From: an uncultured virus (IMG/VR IMGVR_UViG_3300042384_001469)
Taxonomy: Duplodnaviria; Heunggongvirae; Uroviricota; Caudoviricetes
IMG/VR virus record: IMGVR_UViG_3300042384_001469
Length of the DNA: 64,000 nt
Reading direction: 5' to 3' (one strand)
A program made the position numbers and the translations under genes. Positions 1 through 8,542 of this stretch are shown here, piece by piece. A model generated the notes under the pieces. That model did no database searches, had not been told where the DNA came from, and saw only the letters and a program-made list of their open reading frames with translations. Positions within the stretch are counted from its first letter, which is position 1, and each line of letters opens with the position of its first letter.

Positions 1-173
1 CCTCAACACAGGGGAGACCACTTTATCCTACTTTCGTAGTTTATTTAAGGACCATACACGGCCCATTATCGTTTATCAGATTAAATGTCTCATAATCAAC
101 CCGAAGGTCTCATAATCAACTACTGAACGGATAATTAATATTACCTATATACTTCAAAGGGGGTATTTAGGTA
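1..173 (-). ncRNA. 5' part of a structured non-coding RNA, continues beyond the left edge; family not identified
   Basis: No ORF in the track. Minus strand has GACC-UUCG-GGUU, CUAC-GAAA-GUAG, GGGCC..GGUCC and UACCUA..UAGGUA stems; it lies directly downstream of tandem promoters and a boxA-like element. Confidence 0.6.
87..120. repeat. 14-bp direct repeat GTCTCATAATCAAC x2 (87-100, 107-120)
   Basis: Read directly; the 6-bp spacer carries the UUCG loop on the minus strand. Confidence 0.9.
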
Positions 174-218
174 TTTTCAAAGAACGTTTCCCCGTTTTAA
201 ATCTCACATTTGAGATTT
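174..218 (-). promoter_or_regulatory. boxA-like antitermination element (CGTTCTTTGAAAA, 186-174) preceded by a hairpin (199-218)
   Basis: Matches the GTTCTTTGAAA boxA form seen in rRNA leaders; AAATCTCA-4nt-TGAGATTT inverted repeat upstream. Confidence 0.55.
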
Positions 219-224
219 GTTTTA

Positions 225-255
225 CAAAGTTACGACATTTTTCTGTTCTTGTCAA
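225..255 (-). promoter_or_regulatory. Promoter P2: TTGACA-N17-TAACTTTG
   Basis: Bacteroidota TAnnTTTG element at 232-225, TTGACA at 255-250. Confidence 0.75.
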
Positions 256-316
256 GTAATTTGTTTTATTTTTTTTGAGACTTGTATCTGAATCGTTACC
301 TATCTCAAATCTTTTA

Positions 317-347
317 CAAACTTACGACATTTTTTTCAAAGTGTCAA
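317..347 (-). promoter_or_regulatory. Promoter P1: TTGACA-N17-TAAGTTTG
   Basis: Same geometry as P2; a 22-bp core (313-334 vs 221-242) is identical except one base. Confidence 0.75.
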
Positions 348-425
348 ACTTTTTTAGAGTTTTTTTCTTGTGAAATATAAATATCTTTAATATTTCAAAA
401 GTGATACAAATCTAATACTTTTTTT

Positions 426-839
426 TTAATTTGCCAAGGCTTTTTTGATAATTTCTTTGAGTTTTGGAGTAATTTTTAAATTATCCACCTCACTTAACCC
501 AAAATAACGGCATTCAGTATGTTCAAACCCATCTTTTGCCTTTTCTAAATTAGGTTTTTTTATTGTTGAAGCCCTTGTATAAAATACATGTAATATAGAT
601 GTTATTACCTTTTTCTTGTTTGAATTAAGAATTGATGTTACATAAGAAACTTCTTGGGGATTCAAAACCAAATAAGTTTCTTCCCTAAATTCTCTTACCG
701 CAGCATCTTTTAAATCTTCCTTAGGATTAACCCCTCCACAAGGAATTGACCAATACCCTTCCAAATGCTCACCCGGAGCTCTTTTACAAAGCAAACACCT
801 ATCTTGATATTTAACTAAAATACCCGCTACGTCTTTCAT
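426..839 (-). CDS. Nudix hydrolase
   Basis: Nudix box GGVNPKEDLKDAAVREFREET. Confidence 0.9.
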   Translation of the reverse strand: MKDVAGILVKYQDRCLLCKRAPGEHLEGYWSIPCGGVNPKEDLKDAAVREFREETYLVLNPQEVSYVTSILNSNKKKVITSILHVFYTRASTIKKPNLEKAKDGFEHTECRYFGLSEVDNLKITPKLKEIIKKALAN

Positions 840-858
840 AATAAGAAATTAAAATTGA

Positions 859-1224
859 TTATTTTAAAGTCAACAAATATTTCAACTTGTTGATTAGACC
901 CATAATTTCATCACGTAAATTTAATAAGTCACTGTCTTTTGTTTTGTCGTACTTATTGTTTAAATCAATTAAAAATTCAATAACAGTGTCACAGAAATGA
1001 GTTGGGTCCAATTCTTTTAAATCAGAAAGTATTAAACTTACTTTCCCTTGGAAATCAGGTCTTCCATGTTTACCCATACAAATTTCAACAAATTCATCAA
1101 TCAAACCGTCTAAATCTCCGTAAACAGTTCCAAAAGCATTGTGTCTAGCGTATGATTTTGTTTGCCAATGATATATTCTAAATTGATTTTGTATTGTCAA
1201 AAGTTCAATAATAACCTGTTCCAT
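859..1224 (-). CDS. Ferritin/Dps-like four-helix protein (DUF5856-like)
   Basis: HWQT..YARHNAFG..Y..LDGLIDEFVE, LLNLRDEI..INKLKYLLTLK; start moved to the ATG at 1224, after a TATTTAT motif. Confidence 0.7.
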   Translation of the reverse strand: MEQVIIELLTIQNQFRIYHWQTKSYARHNAFGTVYGDLDGLIDEFVEICMGKHGRPDFQGKVSLILSDLKELDPTHFCDTVIEFLIDLNNKYDKTKDSDLLNLRDEIMGLINKLKYLLTLK

Positions 1225-1252
1225 AATTCTTTTATTAATAAATATATCATAA

Positions 1253-1284
1253 AATAAAAAACGGAGGTCATTGCCCCCCGTTTT
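1253..1284 (-). terminator. Intrinsic terminator at the end of the methyltransferase gene
   Basis: AAAACGGGGG-caatga-CCTCCGTTTT stem followed by a T run on the minus strand. Confidence 0.65.
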
Positions 1285-2125
1285 CAAATTCTAATTTTTG
1301 TTGTTTCTTTTGGTCAACAAATCCTTGTATTCTTTCTCTAGAAATATTTGCATAATTTTCAGATAATTCAATCCCTACCCATCTTCTATCATTAATCTCG
1401 GCCGCCACACAACTTGTACCACTTCCATTAAATGGGTCTAAAATAATATCATTCTTATAAGATAAAATTTTAATTGCCTTGTTTGGGATATCCATTGAGA
1501 ATGTTGCCTTAGTTAGGGACCTTGTGTCAGCAAAATACTTCCACTGACCAAATACTAACTCCATAAACTCTTTTTTATCTTCATCCTGATAAACCATCTT
1601 GTTCTTACCTTCTTCAGTTACTGTTGGTTCTCCCTTCCATTGTGTTTCACCTTTAACTTTCTTAATATGAACCTTCTTATAAGCCAATACAACACATTCT
1701 TTTGGATTATAGATGTACGGACTAGATGGACTCATCCAACTTCCCCAAGCAGTTGTTTTACTTCTGTGAGGACTATCTTCTTCTAAATCAACTACACCAA
1801 AGAACTTAAACCCAATCTCTTTCATAACCTGATAAACTTCAGATACGAAGAAAATTCTACCTCCCTTTGATTGTCTATTAATCTCATAAGGAATGTTTAA
1901 AGCGATACGTCCATCGTCTTTCAATACTTTATAAGCTTCAGTTAACCATTGTCGGGTAAATTCCAAATATTCACCAATCTCCATGTCATCATTGTGAACA
2001 TCATAAGCGATATTAACACCGTAAGGTGGAGATGTAACAATTAAATCAACCCAACCTTCAGGCATTTCTTTCATCACCTCAATGCAATCTCCGGTAATAA
2101 CTTTATTAATATAATTTTCAATCAT
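1268..2125 (-). CDS. Beta-class N4-cytosine/N6-adenine DNA methyltransferase
   Basis: Motif IV TSPPY N-terminal and motif I DPFNGSGT C-terminal. Confidence 0.92.
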   Translation of the reverse strand: MIENYINKVITGDCIEVMKEMPEGWVDLIVTSPPYGVNIAYDVHNDDMEIGEYLEFTRQWLTEAYKVLKDDGRIALNIPYEINRQSKGGRIFFVSEVYQVMKEIGFKFFGVVDLEEDSPHRSKTTAWGSWMSPSSPYIYNPKECVVLAYKKVHIKKVKGETQWKGEPTVTEEGKNKMVYQDEDKKEFMELVFGQWKYFADTRSLTKATFSMDIPNKAIKILSYKNDIILDPFNGSGTSCVAAEINDRRWVGIELSENYANISRERIQGFVDQKKQQKLEFENGGQ

Positions 2126-2348
2126 TATTTTCTAACTTTTCAATGTGATGTTGTAAATACCAAAGAGCTTTTTTCAAATCTTCCAACTCTTTTTCTTTGT
2201 GTTTTTTACCAGCTCTAGAAATATATTTCACTGTGTTACCTAAACAGAACCCAAGGTCCCAAGCATCAATTACTTTTATTGCTTCATATGGATTTGAGAC
2301 TCCTCCATAGTGTTCAGGGTTATTTACCATTTCTTTTTGTTGCGACAT
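2118..2348 (-). CDS. DUF3310 family phage protein
   Basis: VNNPEHY..EAIKVI..GFCLGNTVKYISRAGKK..EDLKKALWYL. Confidence 0.85.
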   Translation of the reverse strand: MSQQKEMVNNPEHYGGVSNPYEAIKVIDAWDLGFCLGNTVKYISRAGKKHKEKELEDLKKALWYLQHHIEKLENND

Positions 2349-2523
2349 AATATCCTTTTCCATATTCACTTTCTTTAACTAATCCATCCTCAATTAAATT
2401 GTCAATTCTTTCTTTAGTTTCATTTAAACCAACTCTAAGAATATATTCAGAAATATAATTGATATGTATTGGTGTTTCAAGTTTAGCTAACAGAATTTCT
2501 GTCGGAGATGTATTTTTTCTCAT
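2320..2523 (-). CDS. Hypothetical protein, possible winged helix
   Basis: In-operon ORF; LIEDGLVKES..GYYV pattern. Confidence 0.55.
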   Translation of the reverse strand: MRKNTSPTEILLAKLETPIHINYISEYILRVGLNETKERIDNLIEDGLVKESEYGKGYYVATKRNGK

Positions 2524-2659
2524 ATGTTCTAAATTTTTGTTCTACTTCATTAGTGGTAAATAATAAACAATCGGATTTTAAAAAATATCTAATCTCATTC
2601 AAATTTTTACAAATACTGTCTATCTGTAACTCCCCAACAATTTTTTTATTAAAACCCAT
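2483..2659 (-). CDS. Small hypothetical protein (58 aa, MGFNKKIVGE...), below the ORF-track cutoff
   Basis: Translated by hand; TATATTTG promoter at 2671-2664 just upstream; fills the operon gap. Confidence 0.55.
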   Translation of the reverse strand: MGFNKKIVGELQIDSICKNLNEIRYFLKSDCLLFTTNEVEQKFRTYEKKYISDRNSVS

Positions 2660-2671
2660 ATTACAAATATA

Positions 2672-3433
2672 CTACGGATTTTTCAAAACAACAATAGTTT
2701 TAGCTTGCGTAATATATGTAAGTAATTTTCTTTTAAAGACTGGTAATAGTGTGTTTTCTAAAGGTAACTCATTTTTTGATGATAATTCAAACACCGGTAA
2801 TTTATCATCCTCATCTATTTCACGTAGTATTTCAAATACATTTTTTTGACTCACATCTTCATAGATTATGTTAACTCCATTTTTTTTATCAAATCTGACA
2901 ACATCAGAAATTTTAACATTGTATCCCCAAATGTACGTTGTTTCGTTATATACAGTAAAAAAGTAACCCTTTTCGATAGTGTCAAATTTTTCAGTATTAA
3001 TTATATTGATAGATATTGAATCGTAAGTTATTGTCCAAAGTGCTTTAACGATGTTAAAATATTCAAAAATTTTTTGACCACAGTATTTTAAAATTTTATC
3101 AAACTCCTTAATTTCATTATCGGTCATATTAGGAATTGGGTTAAATTTTAAATCAGTTATGAGTATTTCATCATCAACGCTTTTAAATTTTTTATCAATT
3201 GTAATGTATTTTGAGTCATTACTAATTGATTGTAAGTTAGCAAGATGTAATGACATTTCACTAAATAATGGATATAACTCAAATTTATCAATCTGTGAAT
3301 CAGAATATTTAATAAAATCCATTAATTTATAATAGTGATATTCAAAATCAGGAGTGTGTTCGACTATCCACTCAGGATTTAACTTCAAGTGTTTTTTCTT
3401 TCTATTGTATTTCCGTTTGTCGGTTTTTTCCAT
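2672..3433 (-). CDS. Hypothetical protein
   Basis: Long ORF in the minus-strand run. Confidence 0.7.
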   Translation of the reverse strand: MEKTDKRKYNRKKKHLKLNPEWIVEHTPDFEYHYYKLMDFIKYSDSQIDKFELYPLFSEMSLHLANLQSISNDSKYITIDKKFKSVDDEILITDLKFNPIPNMTDNEIKEFDKILKYCGQKIFEYFNIVKALWTITYDSISINIINTEKFDTIEKGYFFTVYNETTYIWGYNVKISDVVRFDKKNGVNIIYEDVSQKNVFEILREIDEDDKLPVFELSSKNELPLENTLLPVFKRKLLTYITQAKTIVVLKNP

Positions 3434-3434
3434 A

Positions 3435-4715
3435 TCAACCATCTATTTGGAAAATATAGTATGTTTCGTTATCAAACTCAACAGTATCTTCTGTACCATC
3501 GTATGAATTAATTGTATTCCCATATCCGTCAGTATCAACAACATCTTTAATTAACGCGCCCATATCAACAAAATCTTGCATATTTAGACCGTAATCTCTA
3601 ATTGTTGTAGCAACATCATAAGTTTTATCCTCCAACAAACTCTCAACCTTTTCTTCAATCAAATTTTCAGGTATAGTTTTATCACTATCTTTTAACTCGT
3701 CCAACTCTTCATTTAATTCGTCATATTGTTCTTGTGATAAGTTCTCAGAATCTTCCAACATTTCAGTAATCTCATCAATTCTTTGTTGGACTTCTGAGTC
3801 AGAATATTCAAAATCATCTTCATCAAAGAAATCTTCTAAATTTTCTCTAACATAATCTTCCTCACTTTCTCTAAAGTAATTTTTCAATTCTTCTTCATCA
3901 ATATGATTCTCAACAAATCCTGTTCTAAATCCTTCCAGTCCGACATCATCAATTAAGTTTTCAACTGTTTTATATGCCGTTTTTTCAGTATAATATTCAT
4001 CACCAACCGCCCATGTTGCACGACTCTCACCATCACTCTCTAAAACTTTGAATGAATGTAAGAAATAATGTTTACCTTCGTAGATAATATCATAAATGTC
4101 AATACGACCTTCAATTTCTTCTATTTCGATGTCAATCGCTCTAAGTTCTGTTAGATTCTCATCATCTTCCGTCTCTTTCTCTATTTGTTCTCTTCTTTCT
4201 TTTTCAGCGTAAAGGTCCTCTAATCTTTGTGTATCTTCAGGTGTTTTCTCTTCATATACAGTTGATATTAAAAAATTAAATAATGCTAATGTGCATTTAT
4301 CAACATCAGATAAATCTCCCCTTTCTTCAAAATAACCTTCCTCTCTTCTATCATTCTGAACCTCCTTTCTTCTTTGGAATTCTTGATAGATTTCTTGTTT
4401 TTTAAGAGGTGTATTATAATATGATATGTAATTAGCAATAACTCCTTGTTTAGTTCTTAGCTGACTGTAATTCGCATCAACACTACCATTAACAGTAATA
4501 TTACCTAAATAAGTTGTATCACTTGGTAGTTTTATATTACCGTCAATAACAATTTGTTTTCCTTTATATTTTTTCAAATTATTAATTCTTCTTCCGTCAT
4601 GGTCAACAAAATTCATTAACTCAATATATTTCTCAGGTGTTAAATGTACAATATCATTTTCAGATTCTAAAACCAGTTCTTTAATGAATTTTTTTATTAA
4701 GTTTCTACTATTCAT
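3435..4715 (-). CDS. Highly acidic hypothetical protein, possible virion/internal protein
   Basis: 426-aa D/E-rich ORF; TATTTAT upstream; N-terminal LIKKFIKELVLE. Confidence 0.7.
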   Translation of the reverse strand: MNSRNLIKKFIKELVLESENDIVHLTPEKYIELMNFVDHDGRRINNLKKYKGKQIVIDGNIKLPSDTTYLGNITVNGSVDANYSQLRTKQGVIANYISYYNTPLKKQEIYQEFQRRKEVQNDRREEGYFEERGDLSDVDKCTLALFNFLISTVYEEKTPEDTQRLEDLYAEKERREQIEKETEDDENLTELRAIDIEIEEIEGRIDIYDIIYEGKHYFLHSFKVLESDGESRATWAVGDEYYTEKTAYKTVENLIDDVGLEGFRTGFVENHIDEEELKNYFRESEEDYVRENLEDFFDEDDFEYSDSEVQQRIDEITEMLEDSENLSQEQYDELNEELDELKDSDKTIPENLIEEKVESLLEDKTYDVATTIRDYGLNMQDFVDMGALIKDVVDTDGYGNTINSYDGTEDTVEFDNETYYIFQIDG

Positions 4716-4809
4716 ATTAAATAAATACTGTTAAATTAATAACTATTTCCTTTTAATATTTCAATTAATAATATTTATAAAAAAGAATAAATCTAAAAAA
4801 AATAAAAAT

Positions 4810-4944
4810 ATGGGCTGTGGCTGTAAAAACAAACAAAATCCTGAACAACAGGTTAAAATTCAACAAGTTCAACAACAAAATGAAAGTGTACAAAATGCAG
4901 TAAAAAAAACTATTGAAAAATTTTATAAAAACAAACAGCAATAA
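4810..4944 (+). CDS. 44-aa Gln-rich peptide starting MGCGCK
   Basis: Hand translation MGCGCKNKQNPEQQVKIQQVQQQNESVQNAVKKTIEKFYKNKQQ; TATTTAT at 4772-4778. Confidence 0.6.
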   Translation: MGCGCKNKQNPEQQVKIQQVQQQNESVQNAVKKTIEKFYKNKQQ

Positions 4945-4982
4945 AATATTTATAGATAATAAACTTTTAAAAAAATAATACT

Positions 4983-5033
4983 ATGAAAAACGGTGGTGGT
5001 AATAACGGTGGTGGATGTGGTTGTGGTAAATAA
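4983..5033 (+). CDS. 16-aa Gly/Cys micropeptide MKNGGGNNGGGCGCGK
   Basis: G-rich in-frame island in AT-rich DNA; TATTTAT at 4947-4953; terminator downstream. Confidence 0.45.
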   Translation: MKNGGGNNGGGCGCGK

Positions 5034-5062
5034 TCAATCCAAATCTATTAATTAAAGAATTT

Positions 5063-5088
5063 AAAAGGGAGAATATTCTCCCTTTTTT
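5063..5088 (+). terminator. Intrinsic terminator
   Basis: AAAAGGGAGAAT/ATTCTCCCTTTT inverted repeat plus T run. Confidence 0.75.
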
Positions 5089-5101
5089 AATATTTATAAC
5101 T

Positions 5102-6427
5102 ATGGAATTAAAAATGGGTGATACAATTTACATCAAAGGGTTCATAAATGAAGACCCTGAATTTCATTGCTGGAAACACATGAAAGACTTAATAGGGTTT
5201 CCAACAAAAGTTTGTCTAATTAGAAATAGTAAAATATATGTTACCCACCCAATTTTAGATGTAGTCAATTTTAATGAAGATTGTGTTAATTATGAAATTA
5301 TTGATAGCGGTAATTTAATACACAATAAAAAATTAAATGAAGAAGAACAAGAAGAACTTAAATTAAATAAAGTTCAAGAAAAATTACTTAGAATCCTTAA
5401 TAAATTTCAAAATGGGGACATCGATGTTGATTTTATTGAAAATGCAATAGGTGGTATAGATAAATTTTTTAATTTATTAACAAAAAACAATCTTCTTGGT
5501 TACATTGACCCTTTTTCAAGTGATTGGGATGATTACCAAAATCAATTATTTTATTTATTCTATGAAAACGATAGTTCATTTGTTTGGACAATAGTTGATA
5601 AATTTATTTCAGATGTTACAAAAATTGGTAACGATTATTATTTTGACACATCCCCTGCGGAACTTTCAGGTTTCTTTGAAACAGGTTATCGCAGTGAAAT
5701 GAGTAGAGATACGATTGAAAGTATTTTACAAGGTGAACATGATATGAATTTTTGGGATGTGACTGATGATGTTTATAGGGACGTATATACTGAATTAAAA
5801 AATGAAAATAAACAATTGGTTAATGAAAGAATTGTATTAGAACTTAGAGATATGAAAACAATAGGTACCGACACCGAATTACTTAAAGAAATTGCTCGGG
5901 AACAAGGTCGTAATGACGTTGAGTTAACCGATGATGTTATTTCTCGAGTACTTGGTGACGATGATACCATTGAATATCTAATCAATAAAGAATTATATGA
6001 TGTTAGAAGTGATTTATATAGTTTATACCAGGGTTGTTATGAAGGAGTATTAACTGAAGAATGGTATAAAAGTTTAATGGGGGAACTAATTGGTTCTGTA
6101 ATTGATAATGGTGAAATAGATGACTATTCATACAAAAAACAATCTTTCGATAAAGATGGTAATAAAGTATCAAGAACATTTTACGGAACAAGATACAAAG
6201 CAACAAACTGTATATATAATGTTGTTTCAGAATGGTTAAACGATAACAAAGATTGTAATGGTACTTATTGCGATACAATCATATATTTTGGTAGTTACGA
6301 AAGATTATATTCAGATTTAATTGATGATGGTGGTCGTGATTTATTGAGAGTTCCAAGATTAGACGAATATCCCGACCATAGGAAAGTTGATAGTTGTGTT
6401 AACGGAAATATCGGAGATTACTTTTAA
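5102..6427 (+). CDS. Acidic hypothetical protein
   Basis: 441-aa ORF; TATTTAT at 5091-5097. Confidence 0.7.
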   Translation: MELKMGDTIYIKGFINEDPEFHCWKHMKDLIGFPTKVCLIRNSKIYVTHPILDVVNFNEDCVNYEIIDSGNLIHNKKLNEEEQEELKLNKVQEKLLRILNKFQNGDIDVDFIENAIGGIDKFFNLLTKNNLLGYIDPFSSDWDDYQNQLFYLFYENDSSFVWTIVDKFISDVTKIGNDYYFDTSPAELSGFFETGYRSEMSRDTIESILQGEHDMNFWDVTDDVYRDVYTELKNENKQLVNERIVLELRDMKTIGTDTELLKEIAREQGRNDVELTDDVISRVLGDDDTIEYLINKELYDVRSDLYSLYQGCYEGVLTEEWYKSLMGELIGSVIDNGEIDDYSYKKQSFDKDGNKVSRTFYGTRYKATNCIYNVVSEWLNDNKDCNGTYCDTIIYFGSYERLYSDLIDDGGRDLLRVPRLDEYPDHRKVDSCVNGNIGDYF

Positions 6428-6484
6428 TAATTGTAAAAATCAATTTACTATTTATAGTCATTTTTTTTCCTACTAAATTTTAAC

Positions 6485-7102
6485 ATGGAAAAAATGGAAG
6501 TATCAGTTCGCCAAAATTTAGTTAACGATTTTGCCGATTATCTATGTAATTTAATCAGTGAGAATAACACACATAAAACAAGATTATCAGTAGTTGATGT
6601 TGAGAACTTTATGGTAATTAAAGGGTTTACTGAAAGTTCTGAAGTAATATCTCCCAACAAAATATCTTCTGAGTTTGTTGAGTCGGTTAAAAACAAATAC
6701 CCATATTTAAAATATATTAGTACGATTGATGTAATATCATATAGTTGTGATGAAAAAGATTTTGAAGATGAGGTAATCTCATATTCCACTAAAGAAGTCC
6801 CTCAAATCAATTCAGAATTAAGTATTTCAGTATCTTCAAAATTCCCTCACGGTTACTCTGAAAATTACCTTAAACAAACTTATAATCATCTGAAAGAAAT
6901 ATCTTGTAAATCTCAACCGTATTTTAAATTTAGTTGGGTCGAGTTAACTTGTAAACTAACTAAAACAGATTTTGAAATTACATCAATAAAATCTGATAGT
7001 TATTATACATCAGAAAAACTATTGTCAATCCTAAAAGATAACTACGATGGTCCAATTGATGTATTGTTAGATGAAAGTAGGTTATTGTTAAATTTATTTT
7101 AA
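6485..7102 (+). CDS. Hypothetical protein, N-terminus weakly resembles the SAM synthetase (MetK) N-terminal fold
   Basis: VNDFADYLCNLI...KTRLSVVDVENFMVIKGFTES follows the MetK helix-strand-strand pattern but lacks GHPDK. Confidence 0.5.
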   Translation: MEKMEVSVRQNLVNDFADYLCNLISENNTHKTRLSVVDVENFMVIKGFTESSEVISPNKISSEFVESVKNKYPYLKYISTIDVISYSCDEKDFEDEVISYSTKEVPQINSELSISVSSKFPHGYSENYLKQTYNHLKEISCKSQPYFKFSWVELTCKLTKTDFEITSIKSDSYYTSEKLLSILKDNYDGPIDVLLDESRLLLNLF

Positions 7103-7626
7103 ACTCGTTTAGAGTAACCTACTATCTGGTAAAAGTCTTTTTTACCTTCACAATACTCTTTAACCAAAACCAATAAGTTTCTAAACATGAAAGCCCCTGG
7201 TGTTTGTTTTTCACATTTAGAAAATAACTCAATAAAGGTAGTTAATACCTGTAGTGGATAATATCCTTTATCCTCAATCATAATGTGATTCATCCAAAAT
7301 TTTGTAGGACATTGTAACTTATAATTGTTTCGTTCTTCCTCACTATTAAAAGGTTCACACTCATCATACATTTTAATCATATCTTCAACATATGATTTAA
7401 CTCTTCCCTTATCGTATTGAGCCTTTGCAATCAAATCTACAATCCAATGAGTATGTGATGGAGTACGTAACCGTTTACCCTCTTCTTTATATTTTACAAT
7501 AAAGTCAAGGTCAGGTCTAGCTCCTCTACCTCCCTGATAAATCGCAATTGTGTATCGTTTATCAATTTGCCAGTAAGTCAAAGGGGTGTGAACCACCCCT
7601 TTCTTTTTAAAAACTAATTCTTTCAT
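7099..7626 (-). CDS. Hypothetical protein with its own TAnnTTTG promoter
   Basis: 175-aa ORF; TATATTTG at 7638-7631. Confidence 0.7.
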   Translation of the reverse strand: MKELVFKKKGVVHTPLTYWQIDKRYTIAIYQGGRGARPDLDFIVKYKEEGKRLRTPSHTHWIVDLIAKAQYDKGRVKSYVEDMIKMYDECEPFNSEEERNNYKLQCPTKFWMNHIMIEDKGYYPLQVLTTFIELFSKCEKQTPGAFMFRNLLVLVKEYCEGKKDFYQIVGYSKRV

Positions 7627-7638
7627 GTAACAAATATA

Positions 7639-7929
7639 CTACAAATTTTCTTTAACAATCTTTAAAGCTTCATCTAAATCTTGGAAATCTCTCTCAGGTG
7701 CGAAAAAATCACCTTTTTCAGATGCAACATCTAAAATCATAAATGCTGGAACAAAATCATTTTGAGTCGCTTCTACAAATAAATCGTACTCATCTTTAAA
7801 TTTATGAATATCTCTTTCTTTAAATTTGATTCTATGTTTTGTTAATAACTCTTTAAATTTTATACACCATGGGCATCCTTCCATAGAATAAACAATCAAA
7901 ACTTTAAGTGGTTTTCTTTTTTTAATCAT
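7639..7929 (-). CDS. Glutaredoxin-like protein
   Basis: YSMEGCPWC, cis-Pro FVPAF. Confidence 0.85.
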   Translation of the reverse strand: MIKKRKPLKVLIVYSMEGCPWCIKFKELLTKHRIKFKERDIHKFKDEYDLFVEATQNDFVPAFMILDVASEKGDFFAPERDFQDLDEALKIVKENL

Positions 7930-8228
7930 AGTATATATTGTTCTGACATAAGTTTTATTTCACTTGCTGGTTTTAAACCTACCGTAGTAGCTGAATCAAT
8001 TCCATTTTTGAAGAATTTCATTACAGGTACACTTCTAACATTCATTTCCCTTGAGAAGTTAACATCGGATTCTACGTCAAATTCGTAAACAGGTACTGAT
8101 ACTCCAGACTTGTTAATTTCTTCAGTTAGTTGTCTACATGGTCCACACCAACTTGCGGACATTTTTAAAATAAAAGATTCTTTATTATCAATCTTACTTT
8201 TTACTTCTTGTGAGCTTATTCTTTCCAT
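7926..8228 (-). CDS. trxA: Thioredoxin
   Basis: ASWCGPC, VRSVP, FFKNG. Confidence 0.9.
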   Translation of the reverse strand: MERISSQEVKSKIDNKESFILKMSASWCGPCRQLTEEINKSGVSVPVYEFDVESDVNFSREMNVRSVPVMKFFKNGIDSATTVGLKPASEIKLMSEQYIL

Positions 8229-8542
8229 AATTTTAATGTACTTAAAAACATTTTTAGTTCGTTTATTTTTTCGATATCATAATAGACCTTTAATTTAAAA
8301 ATTGGGGTCTCTTGTTCTCTTGATAAATACAAAATCAATCCATTTTTAAGTTTGAAGATTTCATCATAAATAATTTCTTTACTATCAGAAAATTTAGAAT
8401 TTATAAATAAAATTTCATAATCCTTAGCATTTTTTAAAATGTAGTCAGGACTTATCTTATTATCCAAAATTTGAATTCTTGATAGAGTGCTATCTATCTT
8501 ATCTACAATATCCTCAAATTTAAAATCAAAAGTCAATTTCAT
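8216..8542 (-). CDS. Hypothetical protein
   Basis: In-operon ORF; start shortened to MKLTF to avoid a long overlap. Confidence 0.6.
   Translation of the reverse strand: MKLTFDFKFEDIVDKIDSTLSRIQILDNKISPDYILKNAKDYEILFINSKFSDSKEIIYDEIFKLKNGLILYLSREQETPIFKLKVYYDIEKINELKMFLSTLKLWKE

Noticed and set aside
87..120. Direct repeats as a CRISPR array
   Set aside because: Only two 14-bp copies with a 6-bp spacer; no cas genes in the window
1..173. rRNA or tRNA gene
   Set aside because: The leader is rRNA-like but I see no 16S/23S/5S conserved sequence or cloverleaf
2508..2849. Plus-strand 113-aa ORF and similar antisense ORFs (e.g. 12124-12630, 31369-32382, 47636-48769, 53301-56135)
   Set aside because: Overlap better-supported genes on the opposite strand; no motifs
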